A stretch of 64,000 nucleotides of DNA, taken from contig OZ024742.1 in assembly GCA_964016885.1 (NCBI GenBank), positions 198,896,001 to 198,960,000 on the forward strand, in the 5' to 3' direction. Every line of letters begins with the position of its first letter. The first letter of the stretch is position 1. The notes under the pieces are model-generated. The model was given only the letters and a program-made list of their open reading frames with translations, had not been told where the DNA came from and ran no database searches. Origin of the DNA: Eledone cirrhosa. Lineage: Eukaryota. Shown here one piece after another: positions 49,542 to 64,000 of this stretch. The position numbers and the translations under genes were made by a program.

Positions 49542-52500
49542 ATGTTTAATCCTGCCACAACTGACCCCAACATATTAAATGTAGTGTTTACTACTGCCAC
49601 AACTGACCACAACATATTAAATGTAGTGTTTACTCCTGCCACAACTGACCACAACATATTAAATGTAGTGTTTACTCCTGCCACAACTGACCCCAACATA
49701 TTAAATGTAGTGTTTACTCCTGCCACAACTGACCACAACATATTAAATGTAGTGTTTACTACTGCCACAACTGACCACAACATATTAAATGTAGTGTTTA
49801 CTCCTGCCACAACTGACCACAACATATTAAATGTAGTGTTTACTCCTGCCACAACTGACCCCAACATATTAAATGTAGTGTTTACTCCTGCCACAACTAA
49901 CCCCAACATATTAAATGTAGTGTTTACTCCTGCCACAACTGACCACAACATATTAAATATAGTGTTTACTCCTGCCACAACTGACCCCAACATATTAAAT
50001 ATAGTGTTTACTCCTGCCACAACTGACCACAACATATTAAATGTAGTGTTTACTCCTGCCACAACTGACCACAACATATTAAATGTAGTGTTTACTCCTG
50101 CCACAACTGACCACAACATATTAAATGTAGTGTTTACTCCTGCCACAACTGACCACAACATATTAAATGTAGTGTTTACTCCTGCCACAACTGACCACAA
50201 CATATTAAATGTAGTGTTTACTCCTGCCACAACTGACCACAACATATTAAATGTAGTGTTTACTCCAGCCACAACTGACCACAACATATTAAATGTAGTG
50301 TTTACTCCTGCCACAACTGACCACAACATATTAAATGTAGTGTTTACTCCTGCCACAACTGACCACAACATATTAAATGTAGTGTTTACTCCAGCCACAA
50401 CTGACCACAACATATTAAATGTAGTATTTACTCCTGCCACAACTGACCACAACATATTAAATATAGTGTTTACTCCTGCCACAACTGACCCCAACATATT
50501 AAATGTAGTGTTTACTCCTGCCACAACTGACCACAACATATTAAATGTAGTGTTTACTCCTGCCACAACTGACCACAACATATTAAATATAGTGTTTACT
50601 CCTGCCACAACTGACCCCAACATATTAAATGTAGTGTTTACTCCTGCCACAACTGACCCCAACATATTAAATGTAGTGTTTACTCCTGCCACAACTGACC
50701 ACAACATATTAAATGTAGTGTTTACTCCTGCCACAACTGACCACAACATATTAAATGTAGTGTTTACTCCTGCCACAACTGACCACAACATATTAAATGT
50801 AGTGTTTACTCCTGCCACAACTGACCACAACATATTAAATGTAGTGTTTACTCCTGCCACAACTGACCCCAACATATTAAATGTAGTGTTTACTCCTGCC
50901 ACAACTGACCACAACATATTAAATGTAGTGTTTACTCCTGCCACAACTGACCACAACATATTAAATATAGTGTTTACTACTGCCACAACTAACCACAACA
51001 TATTAAATGTAGTGTTTACTCCTGCCACAACTGACCCCAACATATTAAATATAGTGTTTACTCCTGCCACAACTGACCACAACATATTAAATGTAGTGTT
51101 TACTCCTGCCACAACTGACAACAACATATTAAATGTAGTGTTTACTCCTGCCACAACTGACCACAACATATTAAATGTAGTGTTTACTCCTGCCACAACT
51201 GACCCCAACATATTAAATGTAGTGTTTACTACTGCCACAACTGACCCCAACATATTAAATATAGTGTTTACTCCTGCCACAACTGACCACAACATATTAA
51301 ATATAGTGTTTACTCCTGCCACAACTGACCCCAACATATTAAATGTAGTGTTTACTCCTGCCACAACTGACCACAACATATTAAATGTAGTGTTTACTCC
51401 TGCCACAACTGACCCCAACATATTAAATATAGTGTTTACTCCTGCCACAACTGACCACAACATATTAAATGTAGTGTTTACTCCTGCCACAACTGACAAC
51501 AACATATTAAATGTAGTGTTTACTCCTGCCACAACTGACCACAACATATTAAATGTAGTGTTTACTCCTGCCACAACTGAGCACAACATATTAAATGTAG
51601 TGTTTACTCCTGCCACAACTGACCCCGACATATTAAATGTAGTGTTTACTCCTGCCACAACTGACCACAACATTTTAAATGTAGTGTTTACTCCTGCCAC
51701 AACTGACCCCAACATATTAAATGTAGTGTTTACTCCTGCCACAACTGACCCCAACATATTAAATGTAGTGTTTACTCCTGCCACAACTGACCACAACATA
51801 TTAAATGGAGTGTTTACTCCAGCCACAACTGACCACAACATATTAAATGTAGTGTTTACTACTGCCACAACTGACAACAACATATTAAATGTAGTGTTTA
51901 CTCCTGCCACAACTGACCCCAACATATTAAATGTAGTGTTTACTCCTGCCACAACTGACCACAACATATTAAATGTAGTGTTTACTCCTGCCACAACTGA
52001 GCACAACATATTAAATGTAGTGTTTACTCCTGCCACAACTGACCACAACATATTAAATGTAGTTTACTACTGCCACAACTGACCACAACATATTAAATGT
52101 AGTGTTTCCTCCTGCCACAACTGACCACAACATATTAAATGTAGTGTTTACTCCTGCCACAACTGACCCCGACATATTAAATGTAGTGTTTACTCCTGCC
52201 ACAACTGACCACAACATATTAAATGTAGTGTTTACTCCTGCCACAACTGACCACAACATATTAAATGTAGTGTTTACTCCAGCCACAACTGACCACAACG
52301 TATTAAATGTAGTGTTTACCCCTGCCACAACTGACAACAACATATTAAATGTAGTGTTTACTCCAGCCACAACTGACCACAACATATTAAATGTAGTGTT
52401 TACTCCTGCCACAACTGACCACAACATATTAAATGTAGTGTTTACTCCAGCCACAACTGACCACAACGTATTAAATGTAGTGTTTACCCCTGCCACAACT

Positions 52501-55500
52501 GACAACAACATATTAAATGTAGTGTTTACTCCAGCCACAACTGACCACAACATATTAAATGTAGTGTTTACTCCTGCCACAACTGACCACAACATATTAA
52601 ATGTAGTGTTTACTCCTGCCACAACTGACCACAACATATTAAATGTAGTGTTTACTCCTGCCACAACTGACCCCAACATATTAAATGTAGTTTTTACTCC
52701 TGCCACAACTGACCCCAACATATTAAATGTAGTGTTTACTCCTGCCACAACTGACCACAACATATTAAATGTAGTGTTTACTCCTGCCACAACTGACCCC
52801 AACATATTAAATGTAGTGTTTACTCCTGCCACAACTGACCACAACATATTAAATGTAGTGTTTACTCCTGCCACAACTGACCCCAACATATTAAATGTAG
52901 TGTTTACTCCTGCCACAACTGACCACAACATATTAAATGTAGTGTTTACTCCTGCCACAACTGACCACAACATATTAAATGTAGTGTTTACTCCTCCACA
53001 ACTGACCCCAACATATTAAATGTAGTGTTTACTCCAGCCACAACTGACCACAACATATTAAATGTAGTGTTTACTCCTGCCACAACTGACCACAACATAT
53101 TAAATGTAGTGTTTACTCCTGCCACAACTGACCACAACATATTAAATGTAGTGTTTACTACTGCCACAACTGACCACAACATATTAAATGTAGTGTTTAC
53201 TCCTGCCACAACTGACCACAACATATTAAATGTAGTGTTTACTCCAGCCACAACTGACCACAACGTATTAAATGTAGTGTTTACCCCTGCCACAACTGAC
53301 AACAACATATTAAATGTAGTGTTTACTCCAGCCACAACTGACCACAACATATTAAATGTAGTGTTTACTCCTGCCACAACTGACCACAACATATTAAATG
53401 TAGTGTTTACTCCTGCCACAACTGACCACAACATATTAAATGTAGTGTTTACTCCTGCCACAACTGACCACAACATATTAAATATAGTGTTTACTCCTGC
53501 CACAACTGACCACAACATATTAAATGTAGTGTTTACTCCTGCCACAACTGACCACAACATATTAAATGTAGTGTTTACTCCTGCCACAACTGACCACAAC
53601 ATATTAAATGTAGTGTTTACTCCTGCCACAACTGACCACAACATATTAAATGTAGTGTTTACTCCTGCCACAACTGACCACAACATATTAAATATAGTGT
53701 TTACTCCTGCCACAACTGACCACAACATATTAAATGTAGTGTTTACTCCTGCCACAACTGACCACAACATATTAAATATAGTGTTTACTCCTGCCACAAC
53801 TGACCACAACATATTAAATGTAGTGTTTACTCCTGCCACAACTGACCACAACATATTAAATGTAGTGTTTACTCCTGCCACAACTGACCACAACATATTA
53901 AATGTAGTGTTTACTCCTGCCACAACTGACCACAACATATTAAATGTAGTGTTTACTCCTGCCACAACTGACCACAACATATTAAATGTAGTGTTTACTC
54001 CTGCCACAACTGACCACAACATATTAAATGTAGTGTTTACTCCTGCCACAACTGACCACAACATATTAAATGTAGTGTTTACTCCTGCCACAACTGACCC
54101 CAACATATTAAATGTAGTTTTTACTCCTGCCACAACTGACCCCAACATATTAAATGTAGTGTTTACTCCTGCCACAACTGACCACAACATATTAAATGTA
54201 GTGTTTACTCCTGCCACAACTGACCCCAACATATTAAATGTAGTGTTTACTCCTGCCACAACTGACCACAACATATTAAATGTAGTGTTTACTCCTGCCA
54301 CAACTGACCCCAACATATTAAATGTAGTGTTTACTCCTGCCACAACTGACCACAACATATTAAATGTAGTGTTTCATCCTGCCACAACTGACCACAACAT
54401 ATTAAATGTAGTGTTTACTCCTGCCACAACTGACCCCAACATATTAAATGTAGTTTTTACTCCTGCCACAACTGACCACAACATATTAAATGTAGTGTTT
54501 ACTCCTGCCACAACTGACCACAACATATTAAATATAGTGTTTACTCCTGCCACAACTGACCACAACATATTAAATGTAGTGTTTACTCCTGCCACAACTG
54601 ACCACAAATTAAATGTAGTGTTTACTCCTGCCACAACTGACCCCAACATATTAAATGTAGTGTTTACCCCTGCCACAACTGACAACAACATATTAAATGT
54701 AGTGTTTACTCCTGCCACAACTGACCCCAACATATTAAATGTAGTGTTTACTCCTGCCACAACTGACCACAACATATTAAATGTAGTGTTTACTCCTGCC
54801 ACAACTGACCACAACATATTAAATGTAGTGTTTACTCCTGCCACAACTGACCACAACATATTAAATGTAGTGTTTACTCCTGCCACAACTGACCCCAACA
54901 TATTAAATGTAGTGTTTACTCCTGCCACAACTGACCACAACATATTAAATGTAGTGTTTACTCCTGCCACAACTGACCCCAACATATTAAATGTAGTGTT
55001 TACTCCTGCCACAACTGACCACAACATATTAAATATAGTGTTTACTCCTGCCACAACTGACCACAACATATTAAATGTAGTGTTTACTACTGCCACAACT
55101 GACCACAACATATTAAATGTAGTGTTTACTCGTGCCACAACTGACCACAACATATTAAATATAGTGTTTACTCCTGCCACAACTGACCACAACATATTAA
55201 ATGTAGTGTTTACTCGTGCCACAACTGACCACAACATATTAAATATAGTGTTTACTCCTGCCACAACTGACCACAACATATTAAATGTAGTGTTTACTCC
55301 TGCCACAACTGACCACAACATATTAATTGTAGTGTTTACTCCTGCCACAACTGACCCCAACATATTAAATGTAGTGTTTACTACTGCCACAACTGACCAC
55401 AACATATTAAATGTAGTGTTTACTCCTGCCACAACTGACCCCAACATATTAAATGTAGTGTTTACTCCTGCCACAACTGACCACAACATATTAAATGTAG

Positions 55501-58500
55501 TGTTTACTCCTGCCACAACTGACCCCAACATATTAAATGTAGTGTTTACTCCTGCCACAACTGACCACAACATATTAAATGTAGTGTTTACTCCTGCCAC
55601 AACTGACCACAACATATTAAATGTAGTGTTTACTCCTGCCACAACTGACCCCAACATATTAAATGTAGTGTTTACTCCTGCCACAACTGACCACAACATA
55701 TTAAATGTAGTGTTTACTCCTGCCACAACTGACCCCAACATATTAAATGTAGTGTTTACTCCTGCTACAACTGACCCCAACATATTAAATGTAGTGTTTA
55801 CTCCTGCCACAACTGACCACAACATATTAAATGTAGTGTTTACTCCTGCCACAACTGACCACAATATATTAAATGTAGTGTTTACTATTGCCACAACTGA
55901 CCACAACATATTAAATGTAGTGTTTACTCCTGCCACAACTGACCACAACATATTAAATGTAGTGTTTACTCCTGCCACAACTGACCCCGACATATTAAAT
56001 GTAGTGTTTACTCCTGCCACAACTGACCCCAACATATTAAATCTAGTGTTTACTCCTGCCACAACTGACCCCAACATATTAAATGTAGTGTTTACTCCAG
56101 CCTCAACTGACCACAACATATTAAATGTAGTGTTTACTCCTGCCACAACTGACCCCGACATATTAAATGTAGTGTTTACTCCTGCCACAACTGACCCCGA
56201 CATATTAAAAGTAGTGTTTACTCCTGCCACAACTGACCCCAACATATTAAATCTAGTGTTTACTCCTGCCACAACTGACCACAACATATTAAATGTAGTG
56301 TTTACTCCAGCCACAACTGACCACAACATATTAAATGTAGTGTTTACTCCAGCCACAACTGACCACAACATATTAAATGTAGTGTTTACTCGTGCCACAA
56401 CTGACCACAACATATTAAATGTAGTGTTTACTCCTGCCACAACTGACCACAACATATTAAATGTAGTGTTTACTCCTGCCACAACTGACCACAACATATT
56501 AAATGTAGTGTTTACTCCTGCCACAACTGACCACAACATATTAAATGTAGTGTTTACTCCTGCCACAACTGACCACAACATATTAAATGTAGTGTTTACT
56601 CGTGCCACAACTGACCACAACATATTAAATGTAGTGTTTACTCGTGCCACAACTGACCACAACATATTAAATGTAGTGTTTACTCGTGCCACAACTGACC
56701 ACAACATATTAAATGTAGTGTTTACTCGTGCCACAACTGACCACAACATATTAAATGTAGTGTTTACTCGTGCCACAACTGACCACAACATATTAAATGT
56801 AGTGTTTACTCCTGCCACAACTGACCACAACATATTAAATGTAGTGTTTACTCCTGCCACAACTGACCACAACATATTAAATGTAGTGTTTACTCCTGCC
56901 ACAACTGACCACAACATATTAAATGTAGTGTTTACTCCTGCCACAACTGACCACAACATATTAAATGTAGTGTTTACCCCTGCCACAACTGACCACAACA
57001 TATTAAATGTAGTGTTTACTCCTGCCACAACTGACCACAACATATTAAATGTAGTGTTTACTCCTGCCACAACTGACCCCGACATATTAAAAGTAGTGTT
57101 TACTCCTGCCACAACTGACCCCAACATATTAAATCTAGTGTTTACTCCTGCCACAACTGACCCCAACATATTAAATGTAGTGTTTACTCCAGCCACAACT
57201 GACCACAACATATTAAATGTAGTGTTTACTCCTGCCACAACTGACCCCGACATATTAAATGTAGTGTTTATTCCTGCCATAACTGACCACAACATATTAA
57301 ATGTAGTGTTTACTCCTGCCACAACTGACCACAACATATTAAATGTAGTGTTTACTCCAGCCACAACTGACCACAACATATTAAATGTAGTGTTTACCCC
57401 TGCCATAACTGACAACAACATATTAAATGTAGTGTTTACTCCAGCCACAACTGACCACAACATATTAAATGTAGTGTTTACTCCTGCCACAACTGACCAC
57501 AACATATTAAATGTAGTGTTTACTCCTGCCACAACTGACCACAACATATTAAATGTAGTGTTTACTCCTGCCACAACTGACCACAACATATTAAATGTAG
57601 TGTTTACTCCTGCCACAACTGACCACAACATATTAAATATAGTGTTTACTCCTGCCACAACTGACCACAACATATTAAATGTAGTGTTTACTACTGCCAC
57701 AACTGACCACAACATATTAAATGTAGTGTTTACTCGTGCCACAACTGACCACAACATATTAAATATAGTGTTTACTCCTGCCACAACTGACCACAACATA
57801 TTAAATGTAGTGTTTACTCCTGCCACAACTGACCACAACATATTAATTGTAGTATTTACTCCTGCCACAACTGACCCCAACATATTAAATGTAGTGTTTA
57901 CTCCTGCCACAACTGACCCCAACATATTAAATGTAGTGTTTACTACTGCCACAACTGACCACAACATATTAAATGTAGTGTTTACTCGTGCCACAACTGA
58001 CCACAACATATTAAATCTAGTATTTACTCCTGCCACAACTGACCACAACATATTAAATGTAGTGTTTACTCCTGCCACAACTGACCCCAACATATTAAAT
58101 GTAGTGTTTACTACTGCCACAACTGACCCCAACATATTAAATGTAGTGTTTACTCCTGCCACAACTGACCACAACATATTAAATGTAGTGTTTACTCCTG
58201 CCACAAGTGACCACAACATATTAAATGTAGTGTTTACTCCTGCCACAACTGACCCCAACATATTAAATGTAGTGTTTACTCCTGCCACAACTGACCCCAA
58301 CATATTAAATATAGTGTTTACTCCTGCCACAACTGACCACAACATATTAAATGTAGTGTTTACTCCTGCCACAACTGACCACAACATATTAAATGTAGTG
58401 TTTACTCCTGCCACAACTGACCCCAACATATTAAATGTAGTGTTTACTCCTGCCACAACTGACCACAACATATTAAATATAGTGTTTACTCCTGCCACAA

Positions 58501-61500
58501 CTGACCACAACATATTAAATGTAGTGTTTACTACTGCCACAACTGACCCCAACATATTAAATGTAGTGTTTACTCCTGCCACAACTGACAACAACATATT
58601 AAATATAGTGTTTACTCCTGCCACAACTAACCACAACATATTAAATGTAGTGTTTACTCCTGCCACAACTGACCCCAACATATTAAATGTAGTGTTTACT
58701 CCTGCCACAACTGACCACAACATATTAAATATAGTGTTTACTCCTGCCACAACTGACCACAACATATTAAATGTAGTGTTTACTACTGCCACAACTGACC
58801 CCAACATATTAAATGTAGTGTTTACTCCTGCCACAACTGACCACAACATATTAAATGTAGTGTTTACTCCTGCCACAACTGACCACAACATATTAAATGT
58901 AGTGTTTACTACTGCCACAACTGACCACAACATATTAAATATAGTGTTTACTCCTGCCACAACTGACCACAACATATTAAATGTAGTGTTTACTACTGCC
59001 ACAACTGACCCCAACATATTAAATGTAGTGTTTACTCCTGCCACAACTGACCACAACATATTAAATGTAGTGTTTACTCCTGCCACAACTGACCACAACA
59101 TATTAATTGTAGTGTTTACTCCTGCCACAACTGACCCCAACATATTAAATGTAGTGTTTACTCCTGCCACAACTGACCACAACATATTAAATGTAGTGTT
59201 TATTCCTGCCACAACTGACCACAACATATTAAATGTAGTGTTTACTCCTGCCACAACTGACCACAACATATTAAATGTAGTGTTTACTCCTGCCACAACT
59301 GACCACAACATATTAAATGTAGTGTTTACTTCTGCCACAACTGACCCCAACATATTAAATATAGTGTTTACTCCTGCCACAACTGACCACAACATATTAA
59401 ATGTAGTGTTTACTACTGCCACAACTGACCCCAACATATTAAATGTAGTGTTTACTCCTGCCACAACTGACCACAACATATTAAATGTAGTGTTTACTCC
59501 TGCCACAACTGACCACAACATATTAAATATAGTGTTTACTCCTGCCACAACTGACCACAACATATTAAATGTAGTGTTTACTACTGCCACAACTGACCCC
59601 AACATATTAAATGTAGTGTTTACTCCTGCCACAACTGACCACAACATATTAAATGTAGTGTTTACTCCTGCCACAACTGACCACAACATATTAAATGTAG
59701 TGTTTACTCCTGCCACAACTGACCACAACATATTAAATGTAGTGTTTACTACTGCCACAACTGACCACAACATATTAAATATAGTGTTTACTCCTGCCAC
59801 AACTGACCACAACATATTAAATGTAGTGTTTACTACTGCCACAACTGACCCCAACATATTAAATGTAGTGTTTACTCCTGCCACAACTGACCACAACATA
59901 TTAAATGTAGTGTTTACTCCTGCCACAACTGACCACAACATATTAATTGTAGTGTTTACTCCTGCCACAACTGACCCCAACATATTAAATGTAGTGTTTA
60001 CTCCTGCCACAACTGACCACAACATATTAAATGTAGTGTTTATTCCTGCCACAACTGACCACAACATATTAAATGTAGTGTTTACTCCTGCCACAACTGA
60101 CCACAACATATTAAATGTAGTGTTTACTCCTGCCACAACTGACCACAACATATTAAATGTAGTGTTTACTTCTGCCACAACTGACCCCAACATATTAAAT
60201 ATAGTGTTTACTCCTGCCACAACTGACCACAACATATTAAATGTAGTGTTTACTACTGCCACAACTGACCCCAACATATTAAATGTAGTGTTTACTCCTG
60301 CCACAACTGACCACAACATATTAAATGTAGTGTTTACTCCTGCCACAACTGACCACAACATATTAATTGTAGTGTTTACTCCTGCCACAACTGACCCCAA
60401 CATATTAAATGTAGTGTTTACTCCTGCCACAACTGACCACAACATATTAAATGTAGTGTTTATTCCTGCCACAACTGACCACAACATATTAAATGTAGTG
60501 TTTACTCCTGCCACAACTGACCACAACATATTAAATGTAGTGTTTACTCCTGCCACAACTGACCACAACATATTAAATATAGTGTTTACTCCTGCCACAA
60601 CTGACCACAACATATTAAATGTAGTGTTTACTCCTGCCACAACTGACCACAACATATTAAATGTAGTGTTTATTCCTGCCACAACTGACCACAACATATT
60701 AAATGTAGTGTTTACTCCTGCCACAACTGACCACAACATATTAAATATAGTGTTTACTCCTGCCACAACTGACCACAACATATTAAATGTAGTGTTTACT
60801 CCTGCCACAACTGACCACAACATATTAAATGTAGTGTTTACTCCTGCCACAACTGACCACAACATATTAAATATAGTGTTTACTCCTGCCACAACTGACC
60901 ACAACATATTAAATGTAGTGTTTACTCCTGCCACAACTGACCACAACATATTAAATGTAGTGTTTACTCCTGCCACAACTGACCACAACATATTAAATAT
61001 AGTGTTTACTCCTGCCACAACTGACCACAACATATTAAATGTAGTGTTTACTCCTGCCACAACTGACCCCAACATATTAAATGTAGTGTTTACTCCTGTC
61101 ACAACTGACCACAACATATTAAATGTAGTGTTTACTCCTGCCACAACTGACCCCAACATATTAAATGTAGTGTTTACTCCTGCCACAACTGACCACAACA
61201 TATTAAATATAGTGTTTACTCCTGCCACAACTGACCACAACATATTAAATATAGTGTTTACTCCTGCCACAACTGACCACAACATATTAAATGTAGTGTT
61301 TACTCCTGCCACAACTGACCCCAACATATTAAATGTAGTGTTTACTCCTGCCACAACTGACCACAACATATTAAATGTAGTGTTTACTCCTGTCACAACT
61401 GACCACAACATATTAAATGTAGTGTTTACTCCTGCCACAACTGACCCCAACATATTAAATGTAGTGTTTACTACTGCCACAACTGACCACAACATATTAA

Positions 61501-64000
61501 ATGTAGTGTTTACTCCTGCCACAACTGACCACAACATATTAAATGTAGTGTTTACTACTGCCACAACTGACCCCAACATATTAAATGTAGTGTTTACTAC
61601 TGCCACAACTGACCCCAACATATTAAATGTAGTGTTTACTACTGCCACAACTGACCACAACATATTAAATGTAGTGTTTACTACTGCCACAACTGACCAC
61701 AACATATTAAATGTAGTGTTTACTACTGCCACAACTGACCACAACATATTAAATGTAGTGTTTACTACTGCCACAACTGACCACAACATATTAAATGTAG
61801 TGTTTACTACTGCCACAACTGACCACAACATATTAAATGTAGTGTTTACTACTGCCACAACTGACCACAACATATTAAATGTAGTATTTACTCCTGCCAC
61901 AACTGACCACAACATATTAAATGTAGTGTTTACTCCTGCCACAACTGACCCCAACATATTAAATGTAGTGTTTACTACTGCCACAACTGACCACAACATA
62001 TTAAATGTAGTGTTTACTACTGCCACAACTGACCACAACATATTAAATGTAGTATTTACTCCTGCCACAACTGACCACAACATATTAAATGTAGTGTTTA
62101 CTCCTGCCACAACTGACCCCAACATATTAAATGTAGTGTTTACTACTGCCACAACTGACCCCAACATATTAAATGTAGTGTTTACTACTGCCACAACTGA
62201 CCACAACATATTAAATGTAGTGTTTACTACTGCCACAACTGACCACAACATATTAAATGTAGTATTTACTCCTGCCACAACTGACCACAACATATTAAAT
62301 GTAGTGTTTACTCCTGCCACAACTGACCACAACATATTAAATGTAGTGTTTACTCCTGCCACAACTGACCACAACATATTAAATGTAGTGTTTACTCCTG
62401 CCACAACTGACCACAACATATTAAATGTAGTGTTTACTCCTGCCACAACTGACCACAACATATTAAATGTAGTGTTTACTCCTGCCACAACTGACCACAA
62501 CATATTAAATGTAGTGTTTACTACTGCCACAACTGACCACAACATATTAAATGTAGTGTTTCCTCCTGCCACAACTGACCACAACATATTAAATGTAGTG
62601 TTTACTCCTGCCACAACTGACCCCGACATATTAAATGTAGTGTTTACTCCTGCCACAACTGACCACAACATATTAAATGTAGTGTTTACTCCTGCCACAA
62701 CTGACCACAACATATTAAATGTAGTGTTTACTCCAGCCACAACTGACCACAACGTATTAAATGTAGTGTTTACCCCTGCCACAACTGACAACAACATATT
62801 AAATGTAGTGTTTACTCCAGCCACAACTGACCACAACATATTAAATGTAGTGTTTACTCCTGCCACAACTGACCACAACATATTAAATGTAGTGTTTACT
62901 CCAGCCACAACTGACCACAACGTATTAAATGTAGTGTTTACCCCTGCCACAACTGACAACAACATATTAAATGTAGTGTTTACTCCAGCCACAACTGACC
63001 ACGACATATTAAATGTAGTGTTTACTCCTGCCACAACTGACCACAACATATTAAATGTAGTGTTTACTCCTGCCACAACTGACCACAACATATTAAATGT
63101 AGTGTTTACTCCTGCCACAACTGACCCCAACATATTAAATGTAGTTTTTACTCCTGCCACAACTGACCCCAACATATTAAATGTAGTGTTTACTCCTGCC
63201 ACAACTGACCACAACATATTAAATGTAGTGTTTACTCCTGCCACAACTGACCCCAACATATTAAATGTAGTGTTTACTCCTGCCACAACTGACCACAACA
63301 TATTAAATGTAGTGTTTACTCCTGCCACAACTGACCCCAACATATTAAATGTAGTGTTTACTCCTGCCACAACTGACCACAACATATTAAATGTAGTGTT
63401 TACTCCTGCCACAACTGACCACAACATATTAAATGTAGTGTTTACTCCTCCACAACTGACCCCAACATATTAAATGTAGTGTTTACTCCAGCCACAACTG
63501 ACCACAACATATTAAATGTAGTGTTTACTCCTGCCACAACTGACCACAACATATTAAATGTAGTGTTTACTCCTGCCACAACTGACCACAACATATTAAA
63601 TGTAGTGTTTACTACTGCCACAACTGACCACAACATATTAAATGTAGTGTTTACTCCTGCCACAACTGACCACAACATATTAAATGTAGTGTTTACTCCA
63701 GCCACAACTGACCACAACGTATTAAATGTAGTGTTTACCCCTGCCACAACTGACAACAACATATTAAATGTAGTGTTTACTCCAGCCACAACTGACCACA
63801 ACATATTAAATGTAGTGTTTACTCCTGCCACAACTGACCACAACATATTAAATGTAGTGTTTACTCCTGCCACAACTGACCACAACATATTAAATGTAGT
63901 GTTTACTCCTGCCACAACTGACCCCAACATATTAAATGTAGTTTTTACTCCTGCCACAACTGACCCCAACATATTAAATGTAGTGTTTACTCCTGCCACA
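49542..64000. repeat. 42-bp satellite array (about 340 units, runs off the window)
   Basis: Unit TGTAGTGTTTACTCCTGCCACAACTGACCACAACATATTAAA, highly homogeneous with a small set of recurrent variants. Confidence 0.98.

Noticed and set aside
48920-63999. Giant ORFs (up to 3482 aa) as real genes
   Set aside because: Translations of a 42-bp satellite, open on both strands, broken by frameshifts and with no unique sequence.
49542-64000. CRISPR array
   Set aside because: Contiguous tandem units with no unique spacers, no cas genes, and a eukaryotic context.

Overview
Eukaryotic, AT-rich DNA made almost entirely of repeats. I found no host protein-coding gene. The abundant tRNA-derived SINE and the (TA)n/(GAT)n-rich background suggest an octopod cephalopod (inference from recall, not a database result). 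Bases 1-44000 are a nested transposon pile: two Helitron deletion derivatives, two CRE-clade RLE non-LTR elements, three Gypsy LTR elements (Mag-like, CsRN1-like with both LTRs, and one with two outward-facing 3' LTRs), RTE and CR1 LINE pieces, a Naiad-type Penelope-like element, a MITE, a solo LTR and many SINEs. Bases 44000-64000 are satellite: (GGT)n, a 50-bp unit, (CCA)n and about 14.5 kb of a 42-bp unit with higher-order structure. The strongest non-obvious signals are (1) a 466-bp tandem, highly structured repeat carrying an intact minimal type I hammerhead ribozyme (retrozyme/pLTR-like), with further hammerhead relics elsewhere; (2) a SINE copy with strand-specific clustered A-to-G changes resembling an ADAR-hyperedited RNA written back into DNA; (3) an inverted-LTR Gypsy foldback. 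All alignments and folds were done by eye.
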